A stretch of DNA of 64,000 nucleotides, from NCBI GenBank assembly GCA_902519405.1, contig CABYJX010000001.1:38822-102821 (forward strand). Direction: 5' to 3'. Numbering within the stretch: position 1 is the stretch's first letter; each line of letters opens with the position of its first letter. Below are positions 52,281 through 63,424 of the stretch, in pieces. The position numbers and the translations under genes were made by a program. The DNA is from an uncultured Gammaproteobacteria bacterium (GTDB lineage: Bacteria; Pseudomonadota; Gammaproteobacteria; Pseudomonadales; Halieaceae). The notes beneath the pieces were generated by a model. It had not been told where the DNA came from, ran no database searches, and saw nothing but the letters and a program-made list of their open reading frames with translations.

Positions 52281-52632
52281 AATATTATTTCTCTCTATTG
52301 CCTTTGCCGCATACTATTGAACCTGGCAAAACGTTAGCCTTACTGGTTTTGGAGGTTGCAGCACTTGTATTATTGCGCTGGATCGCTGACTTGGCAATTT
52401 ACTCATTTTGCTAACTGAGGGGATTTTGCTTGTTTTAAGGTCTTTACACGGGGGTGTAATGTGGTTTAACTTGTTGAATCTAAGAATATATTCTAAGCCA
52501 CTGATGCTTGGTGTAAGAATTAGGGGGCAAATGCGCGCGTTTTCTTTCTAGCCGGTGATGTCGATGGTGCTTGGGCTTAAGAAAAACCAAGGTTTGGCCT
52601 GAAAAAGATAAAAAAAGAGGGGAGCAATTACA

Positions 52633-55101
52633 GTGATAAATCAAAAGACAAAGATCAGTTCCGCGCGAAGTGCGCTGGCAGTGATGTGCGTTACCGCTTT
52701 TATGGGGTCCTTTGCACATGCCCAGCTAGAGGAAATCGTTGTGACCGCACAGAAGCGAGAAGCATCGCTTCAGGATACACCGATCTCTATAACTGCGTTC
52801 GATGCAGCTACTATTGAGGCGGAGGGTATTTTCGACGTAAGGGATATGGGTGCTCTTGCCGTGAATGTCCAAATAAACAGTCAGCCTGCTAGCGAAGATA
52901 ACATCGGTATGAATATTCGTGGTGTTGGGGAGGGCGAAACCCATCTTCTAGCTGAGCCTACAGTTGGTATTTATGTTGATGGTGTTTATATCGCCCGAAT
53001 GACGGGTGCGCTCTTTGAGGTAGTGGATCTTGAGCGTGTGGAGGTGCTGCGAGGCCCGCAGGGAACGCTTTACGGTCGAAATACAATCGGCGGTGCGATC
53101 AACCTTGTCACCGCTAAACCTTCTGAGGACTTTGGCTTTAAGCAGGCATTTACTTATGGGAACCGTAACCGCTATCGATCTAATACTACCGTGGATACGG
53201 GATTATTAACTGGCGGATTGTCGGCGAAATTCAGCTTCAATAAGTCAGGACATGGCGGTCTGTTGGATAATGATTATCATGATAATAAGCTCGGTAAAAA
53301 AGAGTCTGAGGCCTGGCGAATGGCGCTGCGATGGCAGCCCAATGAAGATTTCACCTTGGACTTTACCATTGATGAGACTAACCGGCTTAGTAATGCCACA
53401 TTGAATCAGCTAACAGCTATTCGTCAGCCCCACGCTTCTATGGGCGGAGCTATCACCCAGCAAGGCGTGGCCGCATCAAGTCCAAACAGACTCAGTTCTG
53501 TGCCAGCCTACTTTTCCTCTGGAATGGATTCAACGTCAGATATCGAAATGTATACTCTGACGGCGGAATGGGATCTGAACCCGGATTTGACCGTTAAATA
53601 TATCGGCTCGGCACGAAAGTGGTATTCTGGGACTACCGGGACAGATTTTGGATCCTTTCCTTCTGACGGCGCGACTGTGCTGAACGATCCCGCTGGTCCT
53701 GCGGTCGGTACCTTTGTTCCCGCGGGGGATATGGTGTCACTCTTTTATGCAAATCGTAAGTCTGACAATAAGCAGAAATCTCACGAACTTCAAATACTAG
53801 GTAATCTGGCCGATGATACTATAGAGTATGTATTGGGAGCCTATTTCTTCGAAGAGCAGAGCAACGAGGTGAATCCTCAGCAGTTCGTGATGCCTGCGGC
53901 CATAGCTTTGGGACAAAATGATTTAGTGACGCAGAACTTACTTTGCGGAAATAACCTCCCTCTTTTAGTGGCTTTAGGTGTGCTTCCACCAGGAACCCCT
54001 GGCTCCGATCCTAACCCCATGCAGTGTATGGGTAAGGACGTGGTTCTTAGTGCACCAGATTTCAGGTACGGTTCGGACTTCGAGTCTCAGGCATTTTTTG
54101 CTCACGTTACTTGGAACGTCAATGATCAGCTGGCACTCACGGTTGGCGCTAGACATACCGAGGATGACAAGTACGGATATGTAGTTAATACGGGCTTAGA
54201 TGAGGAAGCACAAAAAGATTTCAGCAATTCTAGTGTTTCGGCAAATATCACTTTTCAACCAAATGATAACTTTATGGGCTACTTAACCTACTCCGAAGGC
54301 TATCGTTCTGGTGGCTATACCCCTCGTGCCGGTACTGCAGCACAGTTTGCGAACGGGTATGATGAGGAGACTGTTACTAACTACGAGGTGGGAATAAAAT
54401 CAGAGTGGTTAGATTCGAGGGTTAGACTGAATGCATCTTACTACTATTTAGAGTATGAAGATAAGCAAGTGGCAAGCTTCCAGGCGGGGGCTGCCGGGGC
54501 GACTTCAACCATTCTTAATGCAGGTTTACTTGATATCGACGGTTTTGAGATAGAGTTAACTGCTCAGTTAACAGATGCGATGCGTCTGAATCTCAATTAT
54601 GGACAGGTCAATCTGGATTATGAGGAGTTCATTACCCAGCGGCAGGATCCAGTCACCTCATTTCCATGTAACCCATTTGGAGTACCTTGCGGCGTGAGCT
54701 CGGCCTACGATCCATTAACTGGTAATGACAATATTGCTGATATAGCGAGTCAACAACAGGCACCTGATAGTAATATGAGCGCCTTCCTATCGTATCAGTT
54801 TCCATCCACTGGGTGGGCTAGCATAGAAGGGCGAGTCTCGGTTACTTACCGGGATGAATACTCCTTCCATCCTCAGCTGGTACTTTATGACTCGACTGAT
54901 TCCCAGACTCGTGTAAATGCGAGATTGACTTTTTCAGAGATAGCGATTGCAGGAGGTCAGCTAACTGTTGCAGCGTGGGGTAAAAACCTTGGTGACAAGG
55001 ATCATCGAGAGTGGGGTATTGACTTCGCTGCTTTAGGCCCCATCGTAAATAACTATCTCGAGCGCCGAAGTTTTGGTTTAGATCTAATCTGGCAATATTG
55101 A
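52633..55101 (+). CDS. TonB-dependent outer-membrane receptor
   Basis: The start is GTG with GAGGGGAG upstream. The signal peptide ends ...AHAQ and the TonB box/plug is LEEIVVTAQKRE...TPISITAF. The sequence also has RVEVLRGPQGTLYGRNTIGGAINLVT and a beta-barrel ending in a terminal aromatic (...LIWQY). Confidence 0.92.
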   Translation: MINQKTKISSARSALAVMCVTAFMGSFAHAQLEEIVVTAQKREASLQDTPISITAFDAATIEAEGIFDVRDMGALAVNVQINSQPASEDNIGMNIRGVGEGETHLLAEPTVGIYVDGVYIARMTGALFEVVDLERVEVLRGPQGTLYGRNTIGGAINLVTAKPSEDFGFKQAFTYGNRNRYRSNTTVDTGLLTGGLSAKFSFNKSGHGGLLDNDYHDNKLGKKESEAWRMALRWQPNEDFTLDFTIDETNRLSNATLNQLTAIRQPHASMGGAITQQGVAASSPNRLSSVPAYFSSGMDSTSDIEMYTLTAEWDLNPDLTVKYIGSARKWYSGTTGTDFGSFPSDGATVLNDPAGPAVGTFVPAGDMVSLFYANRKSDNKQKSHELQILGNLADDTIEYVLGAYFFEEQSNEVNPQQFVMPAAIALGQNDLVTQNLLCGNNLPLLVALGVLPPGTPGSDPNPMQCMGKDVVLSAPDFRYGSDFESQAFFAHVTWNVNDQLALTVGARHTEDDKYGYVVNTGLDEEAQKDFSNSSVSANITFQPNDNFMGYLTYSEGYRSGGYTPRAGTAAQFANGYDEETVTNYEVGIKSEWLDSRVRLNASYYYLEYEDKQVASFQAGAAGATSTILNAGLLDIDGFEIELTAQLTDAMRLNLNYGQVNLDYEEFITQRQDPVTSFPCNPFGVPCGVSSAYDPLTGNDNIADIASQQQAPDSNMSAFLSYQFPSTGWASIEGRVSVTYRDEYSFHPQLVLYDSTDSQTRVNARLTFSEIAIAGGQLTVAAWGKNLGDKDHREWGIDFAALGPIVNNYLERRSFGLDLIWQY

Positions 55102-55135
55102 GTTTAGTTAGCTTTCTGCTAAAGAAAGTATCCAG

Positions 55136-55161
55136 AAAGGCGGCTTTGCCGCCTTTTTATT
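55136..55161 (+). terminator. Rho-independent terminator after the TonB-dependent receptor gene
   Basis: AAAGGCGGC-TTT-GCCGCCTTT forms a stem followed by a T-run (TTTTTATT). It lies 35 nt after the stop codon. Confidence 0.8.
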
Positions 55162-55245
55162 AGGGATCGTACAATGAACCATCGAGCTAGAGTTTTTATT
55201 TGGCTGTACGATCATCCATCACTTTTCATAATGCGTTATCGTTGA

Positions 55246-56403
55246 ATGGATTCTTTTAGCTTTCAGACGGTTAAAGAAGTTATTTTTTCAAGAGGGGCTG
55301 CTCTAGATCTAGCGGAGTCCTGTTTGAAGCTTGGAATGAGCCGTCCCTTGTTTGTTACCGACCCTGGATTAGTAAAGATCGGACTTGTTTCCCCAATCCT
55401 TGAAAAGCTCAACTCAGCCAACCTTGCGCCAATAATCTTTGATCATGTTATGGAGGATCCCCCTGAAAATATTGTACGGGAAGGGTTTGAATCTGGACAT
55501 CAGGGCAACGTGGACGGGGTGATCGGCTTTGGTGGTGGTAGTTCAATGGATGTGGCTAAGGTTGTTGCGATCTTGTTAGGGGGTGATCAGACCCTCCCTG
55601 AGCTGTACGGTGTGGATCAGGTAACTAATTTGAGATTACCCTTAATACTTATTCCAACCACTGCTGGAACTGGTTCAGAATCAACACCGGTAGCAGTCAT
55701 TACAACAGGCGAAACAACTAAGGCGGGCATTTCATCATGCGCTTTATTACCAGATGTGGCAGTGCTTGATCCAAATCTCACGCTCGGTTTGCCACCAAAT
55801 ATCACTGCGATGACCGGTGTAGATGCGATGGTGCACGCAATAGAGGCATATACCTCGAAACATAAGAAGAATCCCATGTCTGACGGTCTATCAGTGCACG
55901 CCTTAAAATTATTATCTCAGAATATTCGTACTGCGGTTAGCGATGGTGGAAATATAGAATCGCGTGAGGGAATGCTTCTAGGTTCCATGTTGGCCGGTCA
56001 AGCCTTTGCAAATGCACCAGTTGCCGCAGTTCATGCCTTGGCTTACCCATTGGGAGGACATTACCATATTCCCCATGGGCTGAGTAACTCTCTAGTATTG
56101 CCGTCAGTCCTTGAATTCAACATGCCCGAAGCCTACCGATTATATGCCGAACTGGCAGAGGTAATAATCTCCGATATTGGAGCAGGTAGTATGGAATCGA
56201 AAGCAATGCTCTTTTTGGAATCGATGTGCGGGATAATACGAGATGTGGAATTGCCATCAACCTTGGATAAGGTAAATATTCCTGAGACTGATCTAAAAAT
56301 GTTAGCCGCGGAAGCAATGCTGCAACAAAGGCTTCTCATTAATAATCCGCGAGAAGTGACTGAGGAGGATGCGCTAAATATCTATCAGTCGGCGTATCGA
56401 TAA
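55246..56403 (+). CDS. Iron-containing (group III) alcohol dehydrogenase
   Basis: The sequence has GFGGGSSMDVAKV, IPTTAGTGSE, GVDAMVHAIEAY and HGLSNSLVLP metal-binding motifs. Confidence 0.9.
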   Translation: MDSFSFQTVKEVIFSRGAALDLAESCLKLGMSRPLFVTDPGLVKIGLVSPILEKLNSANLAPIIFDHVMEDPPENIVREGFESGHQGNVDGVIGFGGGSSMDVAKVVAILLGGDQTLPELYGVDQVTNLRLPLILIPTTAGTGSESTPVAVITTGETTKAGISSCALLPDVAVLDPNLTLGLPPNITAMTGVDAMVHAIEAYTSKHKKNPMSDGLSVHALKLLSQNIRTAVSDGGNIESREGMLLGSMLAGQAFANAPVAAVHALAYPLGGHYHIPHGLSNSLVLPSVLEFNMPEAYRLYAELAEVIISDIGAGSMESKAMLFLESMCGIIRDVELPSTLDKVNIPETDLKMLAAEAMLQQRLLINNPREVTEEDALNIYQSAYR

Positions 56404-56406
56404 ATT

Positions 56407-56841
56407 ATGGCCTACATACAAATTCCCGACCGTTCGAGCTATCGCTTTTTTTATTCCCTAACCACTCGTTGGGCCGATAATGATGTTTATGGACACGTTA
56501 ACAACGTAATTTATTATTCTTATTTTGACAGCGTTGCCAATCGTTACCTGATAGAAGAGGGCGGACTGAACATTGATTCTAGCGAGGTTGTCGGTTATGT
56601 GGTCAGCTCCGGTTGTGAATATCATTCTCCTATTACCTATCCAGAAGAGATTGAAGCAGGACTGCGAGTAGATAAGCTTGGAAATAGCTCAGTCACTTAT
56701 GGAATCGCAATCTTTCGCAAAGGAGAATCCTCTGCGGTTGCACACGGATATTTCGTGCATGTCTTTGTAGATAGAGAGGAACAGAAGGCGGCGCCTATTC
56801 CTGATAAGCTCAGATCGGCGTTAGATAAAATTAAATTGTGA
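56407..56841 (+). CDS. Acyl-CoA thioesterase (4HBT / YbgC-like hot-dog)
   Basis: The sequence TRWADNDVYGHVNNVIYYSYFDS is the 4HBT catalytic Asp region. The gene begins 3 nt after the alcohol dehydrogenase gene. Confidence 0.85.
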   Translation: MAYIQIPDRSSYRFFYSLTTRWADNDVYGHVNNVIYYSYFDSVANRYLIEEGGLNIDSSEVVGYVVSSGCEYHSPITYPEEIEAGLRVDKLGNSSVTYGIAIFRKGESSAVAHGYFVHVFVDREEQKAAPIPDKLRSALDKIKL

Positions 56842-56885
56842 ACGTTTCATAGTTGCCATTAATCAAAGTCATTTGACTCTTTGGT

Positions 56886-57719
56886 TCACTTTGAGGAAGT
56901 AATAATAGCCGCTGCTTCAGGTGCTAAGCTAGCGAGTATTTTTGAGTAACTCACGGGCAACAGCCTCGACAATGTAGATATCAAGTGCGCATCGGTACCG
57001 ATTAACAAGCGTTTTTTCCTTTTCTGGATTGCCACGGTAATTTTTTTGGCCGCGTACTCGGGGGAGGTTCGTGCCACTTTCTTGAATCTTTCAGCTTTTT
57101 CCTCTTGGCTCATATTGTTTATTGCACCCCGCGAATTGAGAGCGATATTGGTATCTATACCGCCAGGATGGACGCAACATACATGCACAGATGTACCCTC
57201 GAGCTCCTGTCTGAGAGATTCGGTAAATCCTCTTACTGCAAACTTTGATGCGTTGTAGGCCGAGACAGTTGGCAGGCTGACGATACCAAGTACAGATGAG
57301 ATGTTCACGATATGACCTTTTTTTGCTTTCTTTATCAATGGTAAGAATGCTTTACATCCATAGACGACCCCCCAGAAATTTATATTCATCAACCACTCGA
57401 AGTCTTCAATATTCATTTCTTCAAATGTCGCTCCAAGGCCAACCCCAGCATTATTGATAATAAGATCTAAATATCCGATATCATTTTTGACTTCGGTTGC
57501 TAAAGTCTCGACAGTTGCAAGAGAGGCGCAATCAACTACACTAATCTTATGATTCGAGATTTTATTCGCTAAATATTGAGCTGTTTCATGGAGCGAGTTT
57601 TCGTTGATATCTGTAAGCCATACATTACAACCAAGTCGATTTAACTCGATTGCGAGTGCTCGTCCAATTCCTGATCCAGCTCCAGTGACTAGAGCGAACT
57701 TCCCCTCAAAATAGGACAT
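56886..57719 (-). CDS. SDR family oxidoreductase
   Basis: The sequence has FALVTGAGSGIGRALA, NNAGV and YNASKFAVRGF. Confidence 0.88.
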   Translation of the reverse strand: MSYFEGKFALVTGAGSGIGRALAIELNRLGCNVWLTDINENSLHETAQYLANKISNHKISVVDCASLATVETLATEVKNDIGYLDLIINNAGVGLGATFEEMNIEDFEWLMNINFWGVVYGCKAFLPLIKKAKKGHIVNISSVLGIVSLPTVSAYNASKFAVRGFTESLRQELEGTSVHVCCVHPGGIDTNIALNSRGAINNMSQEEKAERFKKVARTSPEYAAKKITVAIQKRKKRLLIGTDAHLISTLSRLLPVSYSKILASLAPEAAAIITSSK

Positions 57720-57760
57720 GCATGGATCCTCTGTTCAATTCAATCGTCTTCTTGCAAGGG

Positions 57761-58240
57761 CTATATTCTTTTTGTGGCAAATGCTTTTATAACTTCGGGG
57801 GATGCTTGAACGAGTTCCACAAGTACTCCGCACGCGCCAAGTGGAAAGGAATCGTTCCCTTTAGGATGAATAAAGCAGACATCAAAGCCACTAGCTCCTT
57901 TTCGTATGCCGCCAGGTGTAAATCGAACTCCAGCTTTCTCTAGCCACTTTACAGCACTAGCGAGATCATCCACCCATAGGCCAATATGATTAAGAGCTGG
58001 TTCATGGACTTTCGGTTTGGCCTCTTGATTGAGAGGTTGCATCAAGTCCATTTCTATTTTTAATGGTCCGGTACCGATCTCGCAAATATCTTCATCTACG
58101 TTTTCTTTTGCGCTCTGAAAGTTACCGATTAAGTTTAGTCCCATAATATCTACCCAAAAATGCTTTAACTCCTCTTTATCGGTGCTTCCAATCGCAATTT
58201 GCTGAATGCCGAGGATTTCAAATGGTCTGTCCTGAATCAT
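57761..58240 (-). CDS. VOC (glyoxalase/bleomycin resistance/dioxygenase) family protein, methylmalonyl-CoA-epimerase-like
   Basis: The sequence has [13 protein letters not shown]..., [11 protein letters not shown] and CFIHPKG...GVLVELVQ. Confidence 0.78.
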   Translation of the reverse strand: MIQDRPFEILGIQQIAIGSTDKEELKHFWVDIMGLNLIGNFQSAKENVDEDICEIGTGPLKIEMDLMQPLNQEAKPKVHEPALNHIGLWVDDLASAVKWLEKAGVRFTPGGIRKGASGFDVCFIHPKGNDSFPLGACGVLVELVQASPEVIKAFATKRI

Positions 58241-58434
58241 GTACTGTATTTTCTCGTTATAGTTAGAAATTTGGATAGTAGCTTTTTACATATCTTGATG
58301 CGAGTAAAAAGATAACAGTGTGATCAATTTACTTGTTAGCTGGACAGCAGTGGAGTCATCCAATAAAATTACGTGGATATTTTGGCAGTTAGCGCGGCCA
58401 GACAAGGGGCCTACGAATATCAAGTTTTAATCGG

Positions 58435-58464
58435 AGCGAGATTTGTTTGAGATCTCGCTTTTTT
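58435..58464 (+). terminator. Terminator-like hairpin in the carA leader (possible attenuator)
   Basis: AGCGAGAT-ttgtttgag-ATCTCGCT forms an 8-bp stem running into a run of six T residues, the first of which closes the stem. It ends about 34 nt before the carA ATG. No upstream plus-strand gene needs terminating here. Confidence 0.45.
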
Positions 58465-58497
58465 ACGGTCGCGCGTTCTGGCTTTGCGCCAGCGGAT

Positions 58498-59655
58498 ATG
58501 GAGGCTAGCTTGTCCAGCAAGGCGATTCTCGCACTTGAGGATGGCAGCGTTTTCAAAGGCACGTCTATAGGTGCTGATGGCGCGACTGTCGGCGAGGTGG
58601 TTTTTAATACCGCTATGACTGGCTATCAAGAGATTCTTACCGATCCCTCCTATGCCCGACAACTAGTTACCCTTACCTATCCTCACGTTGGTAATACGGG
58701 CACCAATCTCGAAGACGAAGAATCATCACAAGTTTGGGCCGCTGGCCTAGTAGTTAGAGATCTCCCCCTTGTCGCAAGTAATTTTAGAAATCAATTAGAT
58801 CTATCAAGTTATTTAGTTAAAAACAAAGTTGTAGCAATTTCTGAGATCGATACTAGACGCCTCACTCGTCTATTACGCGAAAAAGGATCCCAAAATGGGT
58901 GTCTAATTGCCGGTGCGGATGTTGATGAAAAGTGTGCGATAGAGAGAGCCAAAGAATTTACGGGTCTGAAAGGGTTAGATCTGGCCAAGGAAGTTACAGT
59001 GTCGCAGCCTTACGAATGGACTCGCGGTAGTTGGACTTTAGATTCAGATGCACAATGTGGAAATTCAAAAAAACTAAAATTACATGTAGTTGCTTATGAT
59101 TTTGGGGTAAAGCGCAATATCTTGCGTATGCTGGTTGATAGAGGTGTTAGATTAACTGTTGTTCCAGCTACTACCCCCGCTGAAAAAGTTGTTTCGTTAA
59201 AGCCGGATGGTGTTTTTCTCTCAAATGGACCAGGAGATCCGGAACCATGCGAATATGCAATTAGTGCGATTAAAGAGATTCTATCTCTGGATATTCCGAT
59301 ATTTGGTATCTGTCTTGGTCATCAGTTGCTTGGCCTTGCAAGTGGTGCGGCTACAAAAAAAATGAAATTTGGGCATCACGGTGCAAATCACCCAGTCCAA
59401 AGTTTGGAGGACGATTCAGTATTTATTACCAGTCAAAATCATGGTTTTGCGATTGATGAAAAGAGTTTACCTGATAATTTAAAACCAACGCACCGATCAT
59501 TATTTGATGGGACACTTCAGGGTATTCGCCGAACCGATAAATTGGCTTTTAGCTTTCAAGGTCATCCAGAGGCAAGTCCTGGCCCGCATGACTTGGCAGA
59601 GTTGTTTGATCGTTTTATAGAGTTAATTAATGAATCTGAGAAAGTATCGAACTAA
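58498..59655 (+). CDS. carA: Carbamoyl-phosphate synthase small (glutaminase) subunit
   Basis: The sequence has [53 protein letters not shown] (catalytic Cys) and [16 protein letters not shown] 58498 is preferred to the upstream TTG. Confidence 0.95.
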   Translation: MEASLSSKAILALEDGSVFKGTSIGADGATVGEVVFNTAMTGYQEILTDPSYARQLVTLTYPHVGNTGTNLEDEESSQVWAAGLVVRDLPLVASNFRNQLDLSSYLVKNKVVAISEIDTRRLTRLLREKGSQNGCLIAGADVDEKCAIERAKEFTGLKGLDLAKEVTVSQPYEWTRGSWTLDSDAQCGNSKKLKLHVVAYDFGVKRNILRMLVDRGVRLTVVPATTPAEKVVSLKPDGVFLSNGPGDPEPCEYAISAIKEILSLDIPIFGICLGHQLLGLASGAATKKMKFGHHGANHPVQSLEDDSVFITSQNHGFAIDEKSLPDNLKPTHRSLFDGTLQGIRRTDKLAFSFQGHPEASPGPHDLAELFDRFIELINESEKVSN

Positions 59656-59658
59656 ATT

Positions 59659-62600
59659 ATGCCGAAACGATCAGATATTGAGAGTGTACTAATTCTAGGA
59701 GCTGGACCAATTGTAATCGGTCAAGCTTGTGAATTTGATTATTCTGGGGCTCAGGCTTGTAAGGCGCTTCGCGAAGAAGGTATTAGAGTTATTTTAGTGA
59801 ACTCTAATCCGGCAACCATTATGACTGATCCATCCATGGCAGATTCAACCTATATAGAGCCAGTTAATTGGCGAACAGTAGAGCGAATTATTGCTACTGA
59901 AAAACCTGATGCGCTTTTACCAACAATGGGAGGACAAACGGCTCTTAACTGTGCTTTGGATTTAGCTCGTGAGGGAATCTTAGATAAACATAACATAGAA
60001 ATGATTGGCGCTTCAAAGGAAGCTATAGATAAGGCTGAAGATCGAGAGCTTTTTGTTAAGGCTATGGCTCGAATAGGTCTAGAAGTGCCTAGAGCCGAGC
60101 TGGCTCATAGTCTCGAAGAAGCGTTTGAGGTGCTTCAGTCAATAGGCTTTCCGTGCATTATTCGACCCTCATTTACTATGGGAGGATCGGGTGGCGGCAT
60201 AGCTTACAATAGAGACGAGTTTGAAGAAATATGCCTTCGCGGCCTCGACCTGTCTCCCACCAGCGAGTTGTTAATTGATGAATCCTTGATTGGTTGGAAA
60301 GAATTTGAAATGGAAGTTGTGAGGGACAAAGAGGACAACTGCATAATAGTGTGCTCTATAGAAAATTTTGATGCGATGGGAGTACACACTGGTGACTCAA
60401 TAACTGTGGCACCCGCTCAGACACTAACAGACAAGGAATATCAGGTTATGCGCAATGCTTCACTAGCAGTATTGCGCGAAATAGGTGTTGAGACGGGCGG
60501 GTCAAATGTGCAGTTTGGACAAGATCCAAAGACCGGTAGGTTAGTAGTGATTGAGATGAATCCCAGGGTTTCGCGGTCTTCAGCTCTTGCATCAAAAGCG
60601 ACCGGGTTTCCCATTGCAAAAGTCGCCGCCAAACTTGCGATAGGATATACCCTGGATGAGCTTAAGAATGATATTACAGGAGGAGCTACCCCCGCTTCTT
60701 TTGAACCTGCAATTGATTACGTGGTCACAAAAATTCCTCGTTTTGCCTTCGAAAAATTTGCCTCTGCAGATGCTCGCTTGACTACGCAAATGAAATCAGT
60801 CGGTGAGGTGATGGCGATAGGTCGTACTTTTCAGGAGAGCTTGCAAAAAGCCCTTCGTGGTTTGGAAGTGGGATCATTTGGTTTTGAGCATATGATCGAT
60901 GTCGACGATCAGGATCTGAGAGATGAACTCAAGTCAGAACTGATCACTCCCGGTGCAGATCGAGTTTGGTATCTTGGTGATGCTTTTCGAGCAGGAATGA
61001 GTGTAGAAGATATTTACAGATTATCCGGAGTCGATCCTTGGTTTCTGATTCAAATAGAAGATATTATAAAAACGGAAAATGGATTAAAAACAATATCATT
61101 GGAAGATCTCGAAGAAACGAATATGCGGAGGTTAAAGCGTAAAGGTTTTTCGGACGGGAGGCTTTCCGTTTTACTAGGGGTCGAAGAACAGGAAGTAAGG
61201 GCATGGCGTCATAAGTTGAATGTAAGGCCCGTCTACAAGCGAGTGGACACTTGTGCGGCTGAGTTTGCCTCATCTACCGCCTACATGTATTCCACCTATG
61301 AGGAAGAATGTGAAGCTCAAGCAACCGATCGAGAAAAGATTATCGTACTTGGAGGTGGGCCAAATCGCATTGGCCAGGGCATAGAGTTTGATTATTGCTG
61401 TGTTCATGCTGCACTTGCAATGCGGGAAGATGGATTCGAGACGATTATGGTGAACTGTAATCCTGAAACTGTTTCCACGGATTACGACACATCGGATCGA
61501 CTTTATTTTGAACCTATTACTCTTGAAGATGTCCTCGAAATCGTAGATATCGAGAATCCTGTCGGCGTTATAGTGCAGTTTGGTGGTCAGACCCCATTGA
61601 AACTAGCGCGTGATTTAGAGCGAAAGGGTGTCCCTATCCTTGGAACTTGTTCGGATGCGATTGATAGAGCGGAAGATAGAGAACGGTTTAAGGAAATGAT
61701 AGACAAGCTCGATTTACTTCAACCACCTAATGTGACCGTGCGAAGCGCTGATGAGGCGATTGATGCTGCTGATCATATTGGCTATCCCTTAGTGGTAAGA
61801 CCCTCTTACGTTCTGGGGGGCAGGGCAATGGAGATAGTTTACAGAGAGGAAGAATTACTGCGATATATGAGAGAGGCCGTTGTCGCTTCCGATGATTCCC
61901 CAGTGCTTCTAGATCATTTTCTTGATTCGGCGGTAGAAGTTGATATAGATGCTGTCTGCGATGGTGAAGAGGTGGTCATCGGGGCAATTATGCAGCACAT
62001 AGAACAGGCTGGAGTTCATTCTGGAGATTCAGCTTGCTCACTTCCTCCATATAGTTTGCCTAGCTCAGTACAAGATGAGATGCGGCGTCAGGTAAAAAAA
62101 ATGGCTTTAGAACTTGGTGTTCGAGGTTTAATGAACGTTCAGTTGGCGTGGCAAGACGATTCGATTTACGTGATTGAAGTTAACCCTCGGGCGTCACGCA
62201 CGGTGCCTTTTGTATCTAAATGCATAGGTCGCTCATTGGCAAAGATCGCTGCAAGATGTATGGCGGGCAAGTCACTCGATAGCCAGAATTTTGTAAAAGA
62301 ATTAGTTCCTTGTTTTTACAGTGTTAAAGAAGCAGTTCTACCATTTAATAAATTTCCTGGTGTCGATCCAATTTTAGGTCCTGAAATGAAATCTACTGGT
62401 GAAGTTATGGGAACGGGTGAGAACTTTGCGGCGGCTTTTGCTAAAGCTCAGATAGGAGCAGGAGATCTTCCTCCGCAGAGCGGTACTGTTTTATTTAGTG
62501 TGAGGGATGTGGATAAGCCCGGGGCGATAGAAATTGCAAAATTGCTGGTTAAAGAAGGTTTTGAGTTGGCTGCTACTAGTGGAACTGCAGATGCTTTTAT

Positions 62601-62880
62601 CAAATCTGGTCTTGCAGTTAAACGCGTTAATAAGGTACTGGAAGGGCGTCCACACATAGTTGATATGATAAAAAATCAGGAAGCTAGTTTAATAGTCAAT
62701 ACCACAGAAGGACGACGAGCCATCGCTGATTCCGCATCCATTCGAGCTAGTGCCGAAGCTAATGGAGTGTTCTATACTACTACACTCGCCGCGGCAGAGG
62801 CTTTGACGATGTCTTTCCTAATAGAGGAGGATACTAGAGTGCGTAGGTTACAGGATTTACATAAAGGACTAGCAAAGTGA
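59659..62880 (+). CDS. carB: Carbamoyl-phosphate synthase large subunit
   Basis: The protein is 1073 aa. It starts [41 protein letters not shown] and has duplicated ATP-grasp halves and an MGS-like C-terminus. Confidence 0.98.
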   Translation: MPKRSDIESVLILGAGPIVIGQACEFDYSGAQACKALREEGIRVILVNSNPATIMTDPSMADSTYIEPVNWRTVERIIATEKPDALLPTMGGQTALNCALDLAREGILDKHNIEMIGASKEAIDKAEDRELFVKAMARIGLEVPRAELAHSLEEAFEVLQSIGFPCIIRPSFTMGGSGGGIAYNRDEFEEICLRGLDLSPTSELLIDESLIGWKEFEMEVVRDKEDNCIIVCSIENFDAMGVHTGDSITVAPAQTLTDKEYQVMRNASLAVLREIGVETGGSNVQFGQDPKTGRLVVIEMNPRVSRSSALASKATGFPIAKVAAKLAIGYTLDELKNDITGGATPASFEPAIDYVVTKIPRFAFEKFASADARLTTQMKSVGEVMAIGRTFQESLQKALRGLEVGSFGFEHMIDVDDQDLRDELKSELITPGADRVWYLGDAFRAGMSVEDIYRLSGVDPWFLIQIEDIIKTENGLKTISLEDLEETNMRRLKRKGFSDGRLSVLLGVEEQEVRAWRHKLNVRPVYKRVDTCAAEFASSTAYMYSTYEEECEAQATDREKIIVLGGGPNRIGQGIEFDYCCVHAALAMREDGFETIMVNCNPETVSTDYDTSDRLYFEPITLEDVLEIVDIENPVGVIVQFGGQTPLKLARDLERKGVPILGTCSDAIDRAEDRERFKEMIDKLDLLQPPNVTVRSADEAIDAADHIGYPLVVRPSYVLGGRAMEIVYREEELLRYMREAVVASDDSPVLLDHFLDSAVEVDIDAVCDGEEVVIGAIMQHIEQAGVHSGDSACSLPPYSLPSSVQDEMRRQVKKMALELGVRGLMNVQLAWQDDSIYVIEVNPRASRTVPFVSKCIGRSLAKIAARCMAGKSLDSQNFVKELVPCFYSVKEAVLPFNKFPGVDPILGPEMKSTGEVMGTGENFAAAFAKAQIGAGDLPPQSGTVLFSVRDVDKPGAIEIAKLLVKEGFELAATSGTADAFIKSGLAVKRVNKVLEGRPHIVDMIKNQEASLIVNTTEGRRAIADSASIRASAEANGVFYTTTLAAAEALTMSFLIEEDTRVRRLQDLHKGLAK

Positions 62881-63353
62881 ATAAATTCCCGATGACTGTG
62901 GCCGGTGAGGCGGTCCTGCGAGAAGAGCTGGATCGACTAAGAAAAGTAGATAGACCACGCGTAACCCAAGCCATAGCTGAAGCGAGAGAACATGGAGATC
63001 TCAAGGAAAATGCAGAGTATCACGCTGCGAGAGAGCAACAGTCTTTTATTGAAGGCCGCATACTTGAAATAGAGGGGAAACTTGCTAATTCTCAAGTTAT
63101 AGACGTAACAGAATTAGAGAATACAGGGAAGGTAATCTTCGGTAGTACAGTGGATTTGCGTAACTTAGTTAGTGAAAAGCTCATAACTTACCGTATTGTT
63201 GGCGAGGACGAAGCAGATGTTAAGGAAAATCTTATTTCCGTAGGTTCTCCGATTGCCAGAGCTTTAATCGGAAAAGAAGAAGGTGAAATTGTTGTCGTAA
63301 GAGCTCCTGGAGGAGAGCATGAGTATGAATTGGAGCGAGTGCAACTTATTTAA
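62877..63353 (+). CDS. greA: Transcription elongation factor GreA
   Basis: The start is GTG. The sequence [52 protein letters not shown] is the hallmark GreA coiled-coil. The gene overlaps carB by 4 nt. Confidence 0.95.
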   Translation: MNKFPMTVAGEAVLREELDRLRKVDRPRVTQAIAEAREHGDLKENAEYHAAREQQSFIEGRILEIEGKLANSQVIDVTELENTGKVIFGSTVDLRNLVSEKLITYRIVGEDEADVKENLISVGSPIARALIGKEEGEIVVVRAPGGEHEYELERVQLI

Positions 63354-63424
63354 GGGGGTATGGCTGTCCGAATAAAGAGGGGACCTAGGTTTGACAGAGC
63401 TATTTTTCTCTCATTTTGAACTTT

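Noticed and set aside
52480-52719. A 79-aa minus-strand ORF in the Rieske/TonB-receptor intergenic region that overlaps the receptor start.
   Set aside because: It is His/Arg/Cys-rich with no RBS, and it overlaps the signal-peptide coding region of a confident gene. It is probably non-coding promoter DNA.
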